A stretch of 62,999 nt of DNA, the filler included, from Hyphochytrium catenoides (lineage: Eukaryota; Protista; Hyphochytriomycota): the NCBI GenBank assembly GCA_900088475.1. It is 13 parts of 13 records of this genome, joined end to end, with 100 filler letters (N's around TTAATTAATTAA, not from the genome) between each part and the next. Parts side by side here need not be neighbours in the genome. Positions count along the whole stretch, not along the records: positions 8,965 to 13,387 come from FLMG01002449.1; positions 13,488 to 14,747 come from FLMG01003486.1; positions 14,848 to 17,200 come from FLMG01001498.1; positions 17,301 to 35,529 come from FLMG01000661.1; 9 more parts are not named here. One strand, given 5' to 3'. The notes beneath the pieces were generated by a model, which saw only the letters and a list, made by a program, of their open reading frames with translations, did no database searches and had not been told where the DNA came from. The translations under genes were made by a program, and so were the position numbers. Below are positions 12,581 through 24,289 of the stretch, piece after piece (position 1 is the first letter of the stretch; every line of letters starts with the position of its first letter).

Positions 12581-13225
12581 AGCAGCGCATTAGAAAAACC
12601 AGCGAGGTTCGGTAGGAAGCGAATTAAAGAGAGGGTAGTGAGGTTGGAGCGGGCTAGGCGGTGTAAGGAGCAGGTTAGTGTGCTGATAAGGAGCGGGTAG
12701 AAAAGGCAGCGGGTTAGTTTAAGAGCAGCGGCTCAGAAAAGATCCAGTGATGATAAGAATGAGCAGGGGACCAGTAAACGGCTCAGGGTCGGTGATGCCG
12801 AGCGCAATAGGGAGGGTTATAAAGCGCGGCAGGTCGGGAACATTTAGGGATAAAAGAAAGAGCAGCGGGTTATTTAGCGGGTAACTAAGGGCAGCGGAAT
12901 AGCGATAAGGCAGTGGGTTCGGGTTCGGGCAGCGCATTAGAATAAGAAAGGGAGCGGGTTAGGGATACGTAGCGGGATAAGAGACGGGAGCGGGTAAGGG
13001 CAGCGGGTTAGGACAGCGGGTTAGGGTAGCAGGTTAGGGCACCGGATTATGGCAGCCGGTTATGGCAGCGGGTTATGGCAGCGGGTTATGGCAGGTGGTT
13101 ATGGCANNNNNNNNNNNNNNNNNNNNNNNNNNNNNNNNNNNNNNNNNNNNNNNNNNNNNNNNNNCGGCTTATGGTTAGGGATTAAGAGTTATGGCAGCGG
13201 GTTATGGCAGCGGGTTATGGCAGCC
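12480..13225 (+). repeat. Telomere-like G-rich minisatellite, 13-mer GGCAGCGGGTTA(G/T), with degenerate lead-in
   Basis: Scattered GCAGCGGGTTAGGG units from ~12480 become a regular array (GGTTATGGCAGCG)n at ~13045-13224, spanning an N gap at 13107-13163. Confidence 0.75.
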
Positions 13226-14093
13226 TAACAGTATTGTTGACCTCTGCTTGGGTAAGGAGCGGCCGAACGATCTTAGCACTCGTTACCTAAGGAAATTGGA
13301 CATATTCTTTCCTAGCTCAAGATCAGGAGCAAATGTTAGTTGTGCAGGCTTGGGCAGCAAATATTGACCCAACTTCAACAACAACAANNNNNNNNNNNNN
13401 NNNNNNNNNNNNNNNNNNNNNNNNNNNNNNNTTAATTAATTAANNNNNNNNNNNNNNNNNNNNNNNNNNNNNNNNNNNNNNNNNNNNATCATCATCATCA
13501 TAGACCCGCTCTACAAAACAACACCATCACCCTCAACGACCACCGGAAGTACCTCTCCTCTCAAGCAACGACATCGCCTTCGTCCAAAGGAAGAAATCTT
13601 CACCTCACAAAATCGCGCTTAAACCGTACTAAGGAAGTAGGTTGGGTAGCTCACTAGGGAGCTAAGCAGAGCGAACTTACATCTGCATACACTCTACATT
13701 GTAGGGAACAAGAGCCTCATGTGTCCTTTAGGATTCTAGTCGTTTGCCGCTACCGTTGAAACGGATAAGATCAAATCTACTCTGAACTTCGTTCAAAGTG
13801 TTGGAGATTGCAACACGTTCTGCTCACCAGAGTAGCGGTAATAACCTAATCTACACAGGAACACGGAGTAAGTCCCAAAGACGGGCCATGCTGCGCTATG
13901 TGTTCACTAATAATATGGGAACGCCAACGATATCTTGGCCATGCTGCCGTTTCCTGTAAACCAGGTATTTCTTACAAAGTTGGCTGCTCTATTGCACTTT
14001 TTTGGCTAGGTTGCCCTACGCGTCACATCTTCACTCCTGGTCATGCATTATATCCCTGGTCGTCTGTTATTATTACACCCGACTAGAAGAACT

Positions 14094-14747
14094 TAGTTCT
14101 GGCCACAGGAAGAGCTAGGGACAGAAGCGATAGTAGACAACGTAGGTAACCTATCCCATTCACAACTACAGCCCGCAAGAAGACGCCTTTCCTTGACGCT
14201 GCCAATATTGAGATTCAGGACTTATTGGCCACAAGATAAGTCCTGGCGCATTGTTGACCGCTGCTACTTAAAGTACTTAGTTCTGGGGACAGGAAGAGCT
14301 AGACACACAAGCGATAGACAACCTAGGTAACCTATCCAATTCACAACTAGAGCCCGCAAGAAGACGCCTTTCCTGAGGCTGCCATTGTTGAAAATCAGGA
14401 CCCAGACCATACTTATTGGCCACAAGCTAAGTCCTGCCGCATTGTTGACCGCTGCTACTATAAAATAGTTCTGGGACAGGAAGACCTAAGGACAGAAGCG
14501 ATAGACAACGTAGGTAACCTATCCAATTCACAACTAGAGCCCCCAAGAAGACGCCTTTCCTCGGGGCTGCCATTATTGAGAATCAGGACCCAGACCATAC
14601 TAACAAGCTAAGTCCTGCCGCATTGTTGACCGCTGCTACTATAAAATAGTTCTGGGACAGGAAGACCTAGGGACAGAAGCGATAGACAACGTAGGTAACC
14701 TATCCCATTCACAACTAGAGCCCCCAAGAAGACGCCTTTCCTCGGGG
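14094..14747. repeat. Tandem satellite, ~184-bp monomer, 3.5 copies, truncated by contig end
   Basis: Monomers start TAGTTCTGG at 14094, 14278, 14466 and 14647 (periods 184/188/181). Shared blocks: GTAGGTAACCTATCC, CAAGAAGACGCCTTTCC, GCATTGTTGACCGCTGCTACT. Confidence 0.95.
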
Positions 14748-17169
14748 NNNNNNNNNNNNNNNNNNNNNNNNNNNNNNNNNNNNNNNNNNNNTTAATTAAT
14801 TAANNNNNNNNNNNNNNNNNNNNNNNNNNNNNNNNNNNNNNNNNNNNTCAATAAACAGGTTTCTGGGTCTAGAACAAGACAACTAACCGAAAGGTTCATC
14901 CTTTTTGCGTCATTGTGTCTATGTCTATATTTAGCTTTCTCCTTTTACTCTGCGAGCGCAAACATTACTCTATCCCCTAGTCTATATAGAGGACACCGCT
15001 ACTTTTCTAGCGATTGGAGCTATCCTCTTTACGTAGGAGTACTTGTTTCGAGCTAGAAGAAGTGGGTTCCATACACGGGTTAGGTACTATCTCATATTCC
15101 ACTCATCTATTTGTCTGCTGGTAAAGGGACAGCCACTGTGTCTCAAGCAGCACTGATACTTCCTTTTCTCTCTCACCACTTTGCGTAAGCGTGACCTACA
15201 GACGAGCATATTTCACTCTTCCGAGTTCTTGATGCTTCAGACCATTGCCCCTTATTGTCTGGTTAGATTTACTGGCTCAATATCTCCTTGACGTTTTGGT
15301 TCAAGAGATTTCACTTTCCAGGTTTGCTTTGCAAGGGCTTGATGCTGTAACATGAAGCCTGCGTCTTCATCACAATACCCCGTTACTATTATTTTGACTT
15401 CTGGTCCAAGAGGCTTCACCTTGAGGTCCAGCATCAGCTTGCTGTTGTCTCAGTCACACCTCATCAACTAGACCAACAAGCCTAGTGCCAGAAGGCCTTC
15501 GACTTACACTGAGCACAACCTAGCGTCTTCTCGAACGCGCTACTCAATGGAAGCATCCATCTAACCACATCACTGAGTTCCTTCCTTAGCAACAGCCAGG
15601 ATTGCCAGTGGACCACCGAGCAGGGCATGCAGGGGATGGATAGCCTTTATTAGAGTGCCCGCAGAAGGTACTGACCCAAACGTTTTTTAAGCTTGCTTAT
15701 TAACTCTTCTAAAAATTGAACTCCAGGAGGGCCACGCCTGTCTCTTCTTCTTCTGGCCGAGAAAGAAGATGGGGTGGTTCTACAGAACCGTTCTGCAAGG
15801 AAGGTCACCAACTCCTGAAACGCATTATTGTCGAGGAAGCTCTGTTTCAACTTTCTCTCCGTTTACTTGCGGCGCTCAAGAGAGAAGAGCGGAGAGTGAG
15901 GAAGAAGAAAATCAGACTTTGTGAAGGAGTGTTCTTCTCCCGCCGCCCTCCAGAGCTCACCACAAAGAGCGAGTGACGTAGCGGAAGGACTTTTTGAAAG
16001 CAATGTCTCTTGTCAATGAGGCCGATCCCGGCATTAACTGAACTAAAGGTCAGATAAAGAGCAACATTCAAAGGAAGAAGAAGAAGAGGTGCCTCTTCTG
16101 TATCCTTTGTGGAAAAGGACAGGCATGTACCAGAAGGACAAGAAGGAAGGAATAGAGCTCATAAGGCAGAAGAGCGCTTGTAAAACTGATAAAGGACGAT
16201 TGAGGTTGTTCCCTAGGCGACAAGGAGGGGAAGAAAGGAGGACACGTCCCGGTCTTTTGCGGAGATGTGTAGAGTAGTAGAGCTACAGGATCTGGTATTA
16301 TGATGGACAGAGTTCGGATAGGATGCAAATAAAGGTTACTGATACAGGCAAGAAAGAAAGCTTGGGGGCAAAAGGTAAGTAGTAGGGGGCAAGCCAAGGA
16401 AGTCGGAGACTGACAATAGATACAAGGAGGAGAGAGGTTTCAACCAAGCAAAGTCAGTGTCAGCGTTTGAGAAAAATGGGCGTCCACCCAACAGCAGACA
16501 AAGAGAGCTAGTTCTACAGAGTAAACAGTGGAAGATGCTGAGGGGGGATCGACCAACTAGTGAGAGAGAGAACCTTGAAGTAGAAAAAGGTAAAAAGACA
16601 GAGAGAGAGAGAGAGAAGAGACAAAAGAAGAGAGAGAGACAAAAAGAAGAGAGAGAGAGAAAGAGAGGAAAGGAGAGAGAGACACAGAGACAGAAAGAGC
16701 GAGTGAGAGCGAAAGAGAGAAAGCGAGAGAGAGGCGAGAGAAAGAGAGAGAGAGAGCAGCAGAGGAGAGAGGAGTGGGCGATGCACTGCCTACAACCAAG
16801 CCTGCGGATGGACTGGGCCGTAACGTCAGGATCAGGAGAAATGATGATGTTTCCTCTTGTAACGCCGTAACCAACCCGCACCTCATACCTCATATTACTA
16901 TGCCACCTAATAAGTGTCTATAACCCCCCATATGCCTCCGCTATTATTATGACTACTATGACCACCACAGTCATGTTTTTATATTTTTCGCTCATGGAAA
17001 GGAGGTTTAGAGTGAAAGATTCCAAGCGTCCGTCCGTTTTTACACGTGTAAGGAATAGATTTCCGCGAGATATTGTTTGTTTCATCAGTTTTTGATGTGT
17101 GGTGCTTTTTCTCTCCGGCATCAGTTTCCAAACTGAAAGGTCACGCCGCCCATCACCAGCAGGAAGGGC

Positions 17170-17200
<31 letters not shown>

Positions 17201-17688
17201 NNNNNNNNNNNNNNNNNNNNNNNNNNNNNNNNNNNNNNNNNNNNTTAATTAATTAANNNNNNNNNNNNNNNNNNNNNNNNNNNNNNNNNNNNNNNNNNNN
17301 ACTCCAGAACAGTTCCATCACCGCCCTCTTTATCATCTCAGACATCGTGATAAGAAAGTTTGTGGAGGAGATGTTGTGTCCCTGCCTTTGCTGTCGTTCT
17401 CGGGGTCCAGGCCGTCAACATCCTTACTTCATCCGATAGCAAGCAGATGGAAAGCCTACTAGGGAGAGTCGCTAGAGACGACAAACCTTCAGGAACCTTT
17501 TAGCGAATACGTTGTTGCATCATGCAGGTTCAGCGTCGCGGTAAAAGAAGCGAAGATGCCATACGCCTGCTTCTCTGTATGGATACAAATTCCGACTTTG
17601 TGTTATGCAGGAGATAAACGTGGAAAGAGTTGCTAAAGTACACAGAAAGAGAAGGCTGATGTTAATTTCAGGTAGATAGTGCCGGACG

Positions 17689-18968
17689 TTGCAGGAAGAG
17701 AAAAAGCGAGAAGAGAGGAAGAGGCAACAAGGAACCTCAGAAAGGAAAGAGAGTGGGATGAGTTGGATTTTACCAGGGAAAAAGGCTCTTTGGAGGCGCT
17801 CGAAGCGGGAAGCCAAGAGACTTCAGGACAGGGTTGATAGACTGATGGAAAATGATGAGAAGCGGCGGCAATTGCTAATGGAGTTTGAAGAGAAGAAGCG
17901 GCGGCTGGAGAGCAAAAGGAGAGACACGGTAGATTCAGCACCTTATCTTTTCCCCTTTATCTTTATATCTAAAAATGACTCTGATCGCATATGCTTTCTC
18001 CTCAGCTCCTAAGTCAGCCGCTCAGCGGGAGGACAAGAAAAGAAAGAAGTTGGAAGAAGAGCATAAGCTCCAGACCCACATGATCCTCCAAATGCAGCAA
18101 GATGAAATATGTATCAAGAACGTAGTTTCCGAGCGCCTCCCTCCCCAAACCTCACTTGGTATCCATACTGCAATCCTTTCTTCTGCCCCCGTGGCTCAGC
18201 CTCCATGACTGTTCTGTATGCATGCCTGTTCCGTCATTTGCCCCTTGGCACTTTCCAATCATTTGTATACGAGACAAGTTTGTCTTTTCGCTTGGTTGGT
18301 CCTCGGTATACTCTGTCTCTTGCTGAGCTGACGGACATCTTCAACCAGAAATGGCCAGAAATGGAGCTGACCGCACGGGATGCAGAAAGAAAAATAAATG
18401 TTGACCAGCACAGCACAGCACAGAAAGCAACAGGTAGGGAGAAAGATGTGGAAGGGCTGAAAGCGGACGCCGACCAAGAGCACCGCCAGAGCCAGCACCC
18501 TAAAGATAGACAGATCTGGCCAGCAGGGGCCAGAGTGGGAGAGGATGCGGAGGAAAGATGGGAAGGGAAAACGAGAGTAAGAAGGGGGAAGACGAAGGTC
18601 AAACAACAAGGATGTCTTAAGTTCTCGTGATAACTGTCTATTCCTTGACTCCTAAGAAACAGAAAGAGAGCGACAGGCGATGAAATAAAGAAGTTTGAGG
18701 AGGATAGGGCACATCGAGAGCAGGAAAGTAAGAGCCTGGCGAAGCTTAAGGTATTCCTGATGAGTGATCCGAAACATGAGATCGCGGGGCTTTCGGGCTT
18801 GACTGCTACTCCTACAGCCTTGGGAGAGTATAGGTTACATTGAGCAGGACACAGCTGCGCCAAGACTATGGAGTGAATATGTAGTGGCTCCGTCCAGAAG
18901 ACTAACCCCAAGCATAAAATGGGGAAGGGTAGCTTCAAGAGAGCAAAACTGCTGCTCCTACAACTGAT
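17689..18968 (+). pseudogene. Fragmented E/K/R-rich coiled-coil hypothetical gene converging on the recombinase gene
   Basis: Coiled-coil-like segments (EAKRLQDRVDRLMENDEKRRQLLMEFEEKKRRLE; EDKKRKKLEEEHK; DEIKKFEEDRAHREQESK) and one 67-nt GT..AG intron (18751-18817). Exon phases could not all be reconciled. Confidence 0.3.
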
Positions 18969-19599
18969 GGGCTACGGGAAGGTCAATCACCATACTTGGA
19001 GACGACCCTTCGCATCTAGGGGCCAACCATGATGTTATGATACTACCATTCGCAAACATACTGAAGGATAGGTAGAGGTTAATAAGGATACTGCTCTCAA
19101 CCTTGAGAGCCGGAAGGACAACTTCAGAGCATAACTGGTGCTTCTTCTGCGTGAAGGATGGGGATACGAAGAGGTCAGTCATGACGTTAAGTGATTAGTT
19201 CCAAGCATGTCAATCGTCTCATCGTGGGCAAAATTAGCGGTAGTGTACTCACTCTGTGCGTTCTTCCCTTGTCAACTGGAGGGTGCGCTGGTCTACTCAG
19301 AAGTACGTCATGCATCTGTCATCGCCCCACCTACTGTATGGGTCTTGGGCTCCTTCAATGGTAGTGAAGACGTCAAAATGGTTCCACTACTCCAACTCGT
19401 CGCAACTAGGAAGAAAACAGGCAACTAAAGTAGTAGGGGACAATTCTAAGTCATAGCACCCGCCCTCCAGCTTGCCAGCTCGAACGTTGCTTCGAGGATA
19501 CGCAACCTGTACACCGACGCCTCCTCTCCATTTTACTATATAAAAGTTAAGGAGGCTGGCGTTGAGATATTCGCATCGTGCGAACATTGCGTTGCTCAC

Positions 19600-22500
19600 A
19601 GACTATCAAAGGCTAGGTTATGAGTAGGTTGACAGGCGTTGACAAGAGCACCAATGCTACTGCTTCATACCACTCGAGTAGGGAAGTTTCTACGGAGCGA
19701 CTTGGTCAGACGGCAAGGCTCTGGAATTCATTTATCATTTTATACCGTGCTCCTTTGTCCGAATTTTCCTGAAGGAGTCTATTGAGGTTCCGTATTTCTT
19801 TACAAAGTGCTCTAGGTCCTTCTGGCACTCAGTAGACCAAACCTCATAGATTTGCTTTCGGTACAAAGCATTACTCTTCATGGACTTCAGCTCCTTTCTT
19901 CTGTCCATTTCTGACATCCCCCGGGCTATCATTTTACTTTCCGCAACCGCATAGAAGGCTTGGTCCCAATGTCGCATGGGAGGAGCCTTATTCCCGTTTG
20001 TCAGGCTGACGGGCTTGTCATACTGGCGAAGGCAGAAGTGAATATTTCCAGGCGTCTTAGTCAACGATGCAGGAGGTCTGGATACATCCGTCCACCGGGC
20101 AGGAGCTGGTTACGATAAGCATGATACTCAGAGTCTTGTACAGGTGTAAGTTACACCAGCGGGTTTAAGTACCTTCGGCAGGCGATGAATGTATAGTGTG
20201 GCTTGGGCTATCATGCTGATTGCCTCTTGGCCAACCATCCAAGGAGCCCTCCTGGGCGCCACCTGCTCCATGTCCCTCGTTAGGGGGAAGGTGGAGCGGA
20301 TGGCTTTCCTCGGGAGGTACTTCCATCCCATTGCTTGTTGACGCCTCTGAAAGGAAGAAAGTCAGATTTATGGTCAAACCAGTCCACTTACTTTGTCCCG
20401 CCATTTACCGGTACCTGCAATGGATGATGGTGTACTCCTGTCAGCAGGCGGTGTCATACCAGGCATTGCAAGGTATCGGTTCTCCATCTGCTACAGGTGG
20501 ATTTTATCAAGAAGATAAGGATGGGGATAATCCAATTGTCTTTGCGTTCTAGCTACTACTCACCTGGAATCTACATCTATGAGCAATTTTCTCTCGCATC
20601 TGCCGGTATGCCGCGTCAACGAGTTCCGCAAATCCCCCCTGGATCTCCACCATTTCTGATACCACGTTCGGTAGTCCATGCTCCGGAACCTCTGGAAGCC
20701 CCAGCATCATTCTCAATACGTTCACCTTTCCAACCAGCAGATCGAGCTTCGGAATCAACCGGCGACCATCCGCCCCACTGAGCTCATTCCCTTTCATACT
20801 CACGTGACGGATTAAACTGTCCAGGAACTCCATTCCTGGGTTCGTCGAAAAGTTGGTGGGAATCGAATTTCCCGCTTTCCGAAGAAAGTCGCTCATGAAC
20901 CGGTGCAGACAGGCTTCGTTATCCTCTGGTAGATGCTTCCTAGGGATTAAGGCAAACCCAAAACACACCGAAGTCAAGGGGTCAACTTTACGATGGGCTT
21001 ATATACTATGGTTATCTTCTTACGTCCACGACACGTGAATCTTCTGGAAATACCACCATTCAGCCGTGTCATCCCGCTTTGTCTTCAATTGCGTGATCTG
21101 CTGCCGCCCTCGGCCATGCTCGGCATAGTCAAAGTAGACATCACTTCAGAACCAGGTATACGATTGGTCAGGACCACATCTCCTAAAGGAATACTTCTTA
21201 TTCTAACTGCGTTCAATTACCTTTCCCATGGACCACTACTTCGAATCTCGGCGTCCGAGGCGCCACAGCGAGCAGCCCAGTCAACGGCTGACCTAGGAAA
21301 AACATCTGTGTGTTAAAGCCGCATAGCTAATGTGAAAGATCTCGATATGTATAAACTTTTCAGACATGTACCTTCTACAGCTGTGGCTGGTGAGGCCCGA
21401 TCCATCCAGATATACCCTCTCAAAGATGTAAGTGATGCTCTAGCGAAAGAAGCATATGCCGAGTGAAGGAGAGGCCAAGTGAGAAGAAGGACAAGGCAAT
21501 GTCTCAACATCATGACCTTTTGAAATACCCAGTAGACTATAAGTAAGAGAGAGGAGTTCCAAAAAAGTAAGCAAGGAAGAGGGTCACGACATCAATTGAG
21601 AACTATACTATCGAGGCCCGCGGAACATACCTTAAAGAACTCGTCTGCCGATATCGCGTCTCGAGAAACAATCGCCGTACCCTTCCTCTTCCTCGGCGGG
21701 CAAACTGGGCGGCCCTCAAACCTGAATACAGGTCCAGAGAGATCCTTACCAAGGATAACATGAAGCGCAACTATCGCTAGCAGAGTCAAAACCGGACACA
21801 GCTCTGGCTTAGACCCGGGTTTCGGAATAACGTCTTACAGAACGCTAACAGAGTAACATTTAGATATCCTCTTCTTGAATGATTGTCATGAAGCTGCCAA
21901 AGTCGCACCTCTGTTAGACGCCTTCGTAAGCTTTCCCTTCTTATTACGAAAATGTAGATAGAGAAAGGGTGGTATGCCATNNNNNNNNNNNNNNNNNNNN
22001 NNNNNNNNNNNNNNNNNNNNNNNNNNNNNNNNNNNNNNNNNNNNNNNCGAAAGTGAGCTGCTCAATCTCCGACCTTCGGCTGAACGTAGCATGACAGACA
22101 TGGAACATCGCCCACAGAGTAAGATTCGTCATAATGCCTAGGACACCATCAGCGCAACATCAGTTTAGAGGCCCCTAAAACGTAAACGTTGCAAAAGCAC
22201 ACATACATCCGGGAGCCAGTACGGCGCTAACTTCGTCATCTGGCATGACCCTAAGCTCACTTCTTATCCGTAGCATGTCTTCCAAATCATATACTTTGGC
22301 TCTTTTAACGGAGTTCCCTGCCCTGTATAAGTCACCTCTTTACTGGTCGATTAAGTCCTATTAAAAGCGATATGAGCTATGGCTTTATCACTGTCATCAT
22401 CCCGGACTGACAATCTGACCTTTGTTGGCTTCTTATTCATCGGGTTTCTATCTCCCGCAAAGCCGTTCTGATCATGGTACTGACGGAGCTGTGTAACAGC

Positions 22501-23340
22501 GGCCTTCAGAGTTGCTTCGCCCTTGCCTTTCCCTTTAATGGCAGGATTGCCTCCACTTCTGCCAGTACGAATGTATTCATTCTTTGGGGTTACCAGATAA
22601 CCTGTTTGCGTAGAAGTATAGTTCAGTTCAGTAACCTTAAAACCGTGCTCCTTGCTCCTTGCGACCCATGTACTTACGCAGAAAGCCGTGTAGCTGATGC
22701 TCCTTGATAGGAAGATCTTTCTTTAGGTCTACTTTCTCGTTGAAAGCACTCTCGCAAAAGACTTTCAGCTGGTCGACATAGTCTGTCTGGGTAGTATACC
22801 GATGGCCGGTCGGTCGATGTGTCGCAATCTGCCTTATGAGTGCCTGGGCAGCATGATTACCTTTATGCTCTGCGGACAGTCTCGTGCTACCCAGTCGCTT
22901 ATCCGCGGACAAACTAGGACCCTCTCCATTGCTACCAAGATCGCTGGTCGTCCTCCCGCTAGGGCCATGATCATGCCCATTGTTCCAATCGCCTTTGTTG
23001 GAGGAGGAGGGCTCTGGTAATACCGTAACGTCGCCGTTTCCTACGTCCTCCTCATTTCCGTCGTCTGCTGCCTTGCGCTTCCTCGGGTTGCTCTGTCCTT
23101 TCTTCGAACCAGGACCACCTGTCTTTCGGTCCGTGTTTGCTCCAACTACCACTCCACCGTTTGACAGTTGATTCTTCTTGCTTCGGGATTGAGCCTCAAC
23201 AGCCTTGCGGCGCGCCTTACCTTTGCGTTTCGCTTGCTGCACCCCGCGGGTTTGAGCCTGAGCACTTGAAGGGAGGATGCCCCTTACCATTATACCTGCC
23301 CAATGGCTGCTAGAGGACGTATACGGCGGTCAACAAAGTA
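19600..23340 (-). mobile_element. Crypton-like tyrosine-recombinase DNA transposon (boundaries not determined)
   Basis: Spliced YR gene with no recognisable RT/RNase H nearby. A YR with spliceosomal introns and a GCR1_C-like tail is the known Crypton architecture. The segment lacks the GA/CT microsatellites typical of host DNA. Confidence 0.7.
19735..23290 (-). CDS. Intron-rich tyrosine recombinase (Crypton-like, ~880 aa) with GCR1_C-like C-terminus; one in-frame TAA, possibly a young pseudogene
   Basis: 12 exons: 23290-22678, 22601-22420, 22357-22207, 22137-21909 (spans N gap), 21833-21631, 21439-21372, 21292-21221, 21143-21024, 20939-20564, 20490-20415, 20346-20173, 20105-19735; all junctions are phase-compatible. 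Motifs in order: TQTDYVDQLKVFCE..LPIKEHQLHGFL (core-binding-like), ATFSRRSEIEQLTF (box I Arg), FRNKKGK, ELCPV..L..GPVFR, TSHSCRRSAVDWAARCG (HxxR), IRSSGPWES (W), DVYFDY (Tyr). Premature TAA at 22342-22340. Confidence 0.85.
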
Positions 23341-24289
23341 GAAAGGAGCACGGTCTCATCCGTGCTTCGTTGTTCCTCCCCTCCTCTTTTCTGGTGCTGC
23401 GGCCAGCCCTCCTCCCTCTAATGGAGAAGCGCTTACGTAGACTGTTAGCTGGACTAATCGCTCTACCTCTTCCCCTCGGAAAGGCCGATGTCCACCGACC
23501 AGCGAGCTTTGGGTCCCCCGATGAGCAATGGAGATCACCAGTCGACCACGACAAGTAGGATGTGGCTTCGGCGCAGCGGCAGGAGCAGCAGCAGCAGCAG
23601 AAGGAAGAGGAAAAGAAGAGCAGAGGAGGAGAAGGGCTTCTTTATGATGGAATGGATTCGTAGAAAAACCAAGGTAGTTAGTTCTACAAGAACCGAAAGT
23701 AGACCTTTAACAACCAAAATAAGCCTCCACATCTCCCCCTGGGGTAGTAATGGCCCTCCCTCCTCACCTCATCATCGCCGTCGGGCCCGCTCTGGGTCTG
23801 GTCTCTGGTCTGGTTGGGCTTGTCGTTCCATCCGCTTCCATCCCCTCCTCACCGCAGCGGCGGGCGATAACCGATGATGATGAAGGATGCTGCTGCTGCT
23901 GCGCCTTGTGCTCGACGATAAGCTTTTCTAGACAGGAACAGCTGCCAGATCCTCTGATACACTGGCCGCCCCAATGCCAGGCATGGTCAGCGTAGACACT
24001 GACTTCTGCCACTCTTCTGCAAACAAAGGAAGGGTTTGTTGCTATCTTCCCACCCCTGATCTTCTTACTAAGCGACCTCTAGGACTGTCGTTGCCCATGT
24101 ACTCACCTTGAGACGTATCGCTCTCGCTGGTGTAGTCATCGCACCTTCTCTGGCCCCTGTTTGCTCTCTCGGGGTACTTCCTTCTCCGTCTCTTTTCACT
24201 GGGGAGCTGTTTCTTGGTCTTGATTACTTTTTTGGGCCCTCCCTGGTTAAAGATATTTGTTGCCGGCTCAGGTGCACAGAACGATAGAG

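Noticed and set aside
13795-13810. 16-mer AAAGTGTTGGAGATTG shared with 42664-42679 (TGTTGG resembles a copia LTR start)
   Set aside because: Similarity does not extend on either side; it cannot be assigned a role from this window.
14094-14747. CRISPR-like array
   Set aside because: Whole monomers are repeated with no unique spacers; eukaryotic context and no cas genes.
17301-24200. DIRS/Ngaro retrotransposon or prophage/virophage as the source of the tyrosine recombinase
   Set aside because: No RT/RNase H, capsid or packaging ATPase motifs were recognised, and 11 spliceosomal introns argue against a retroelement or phage.
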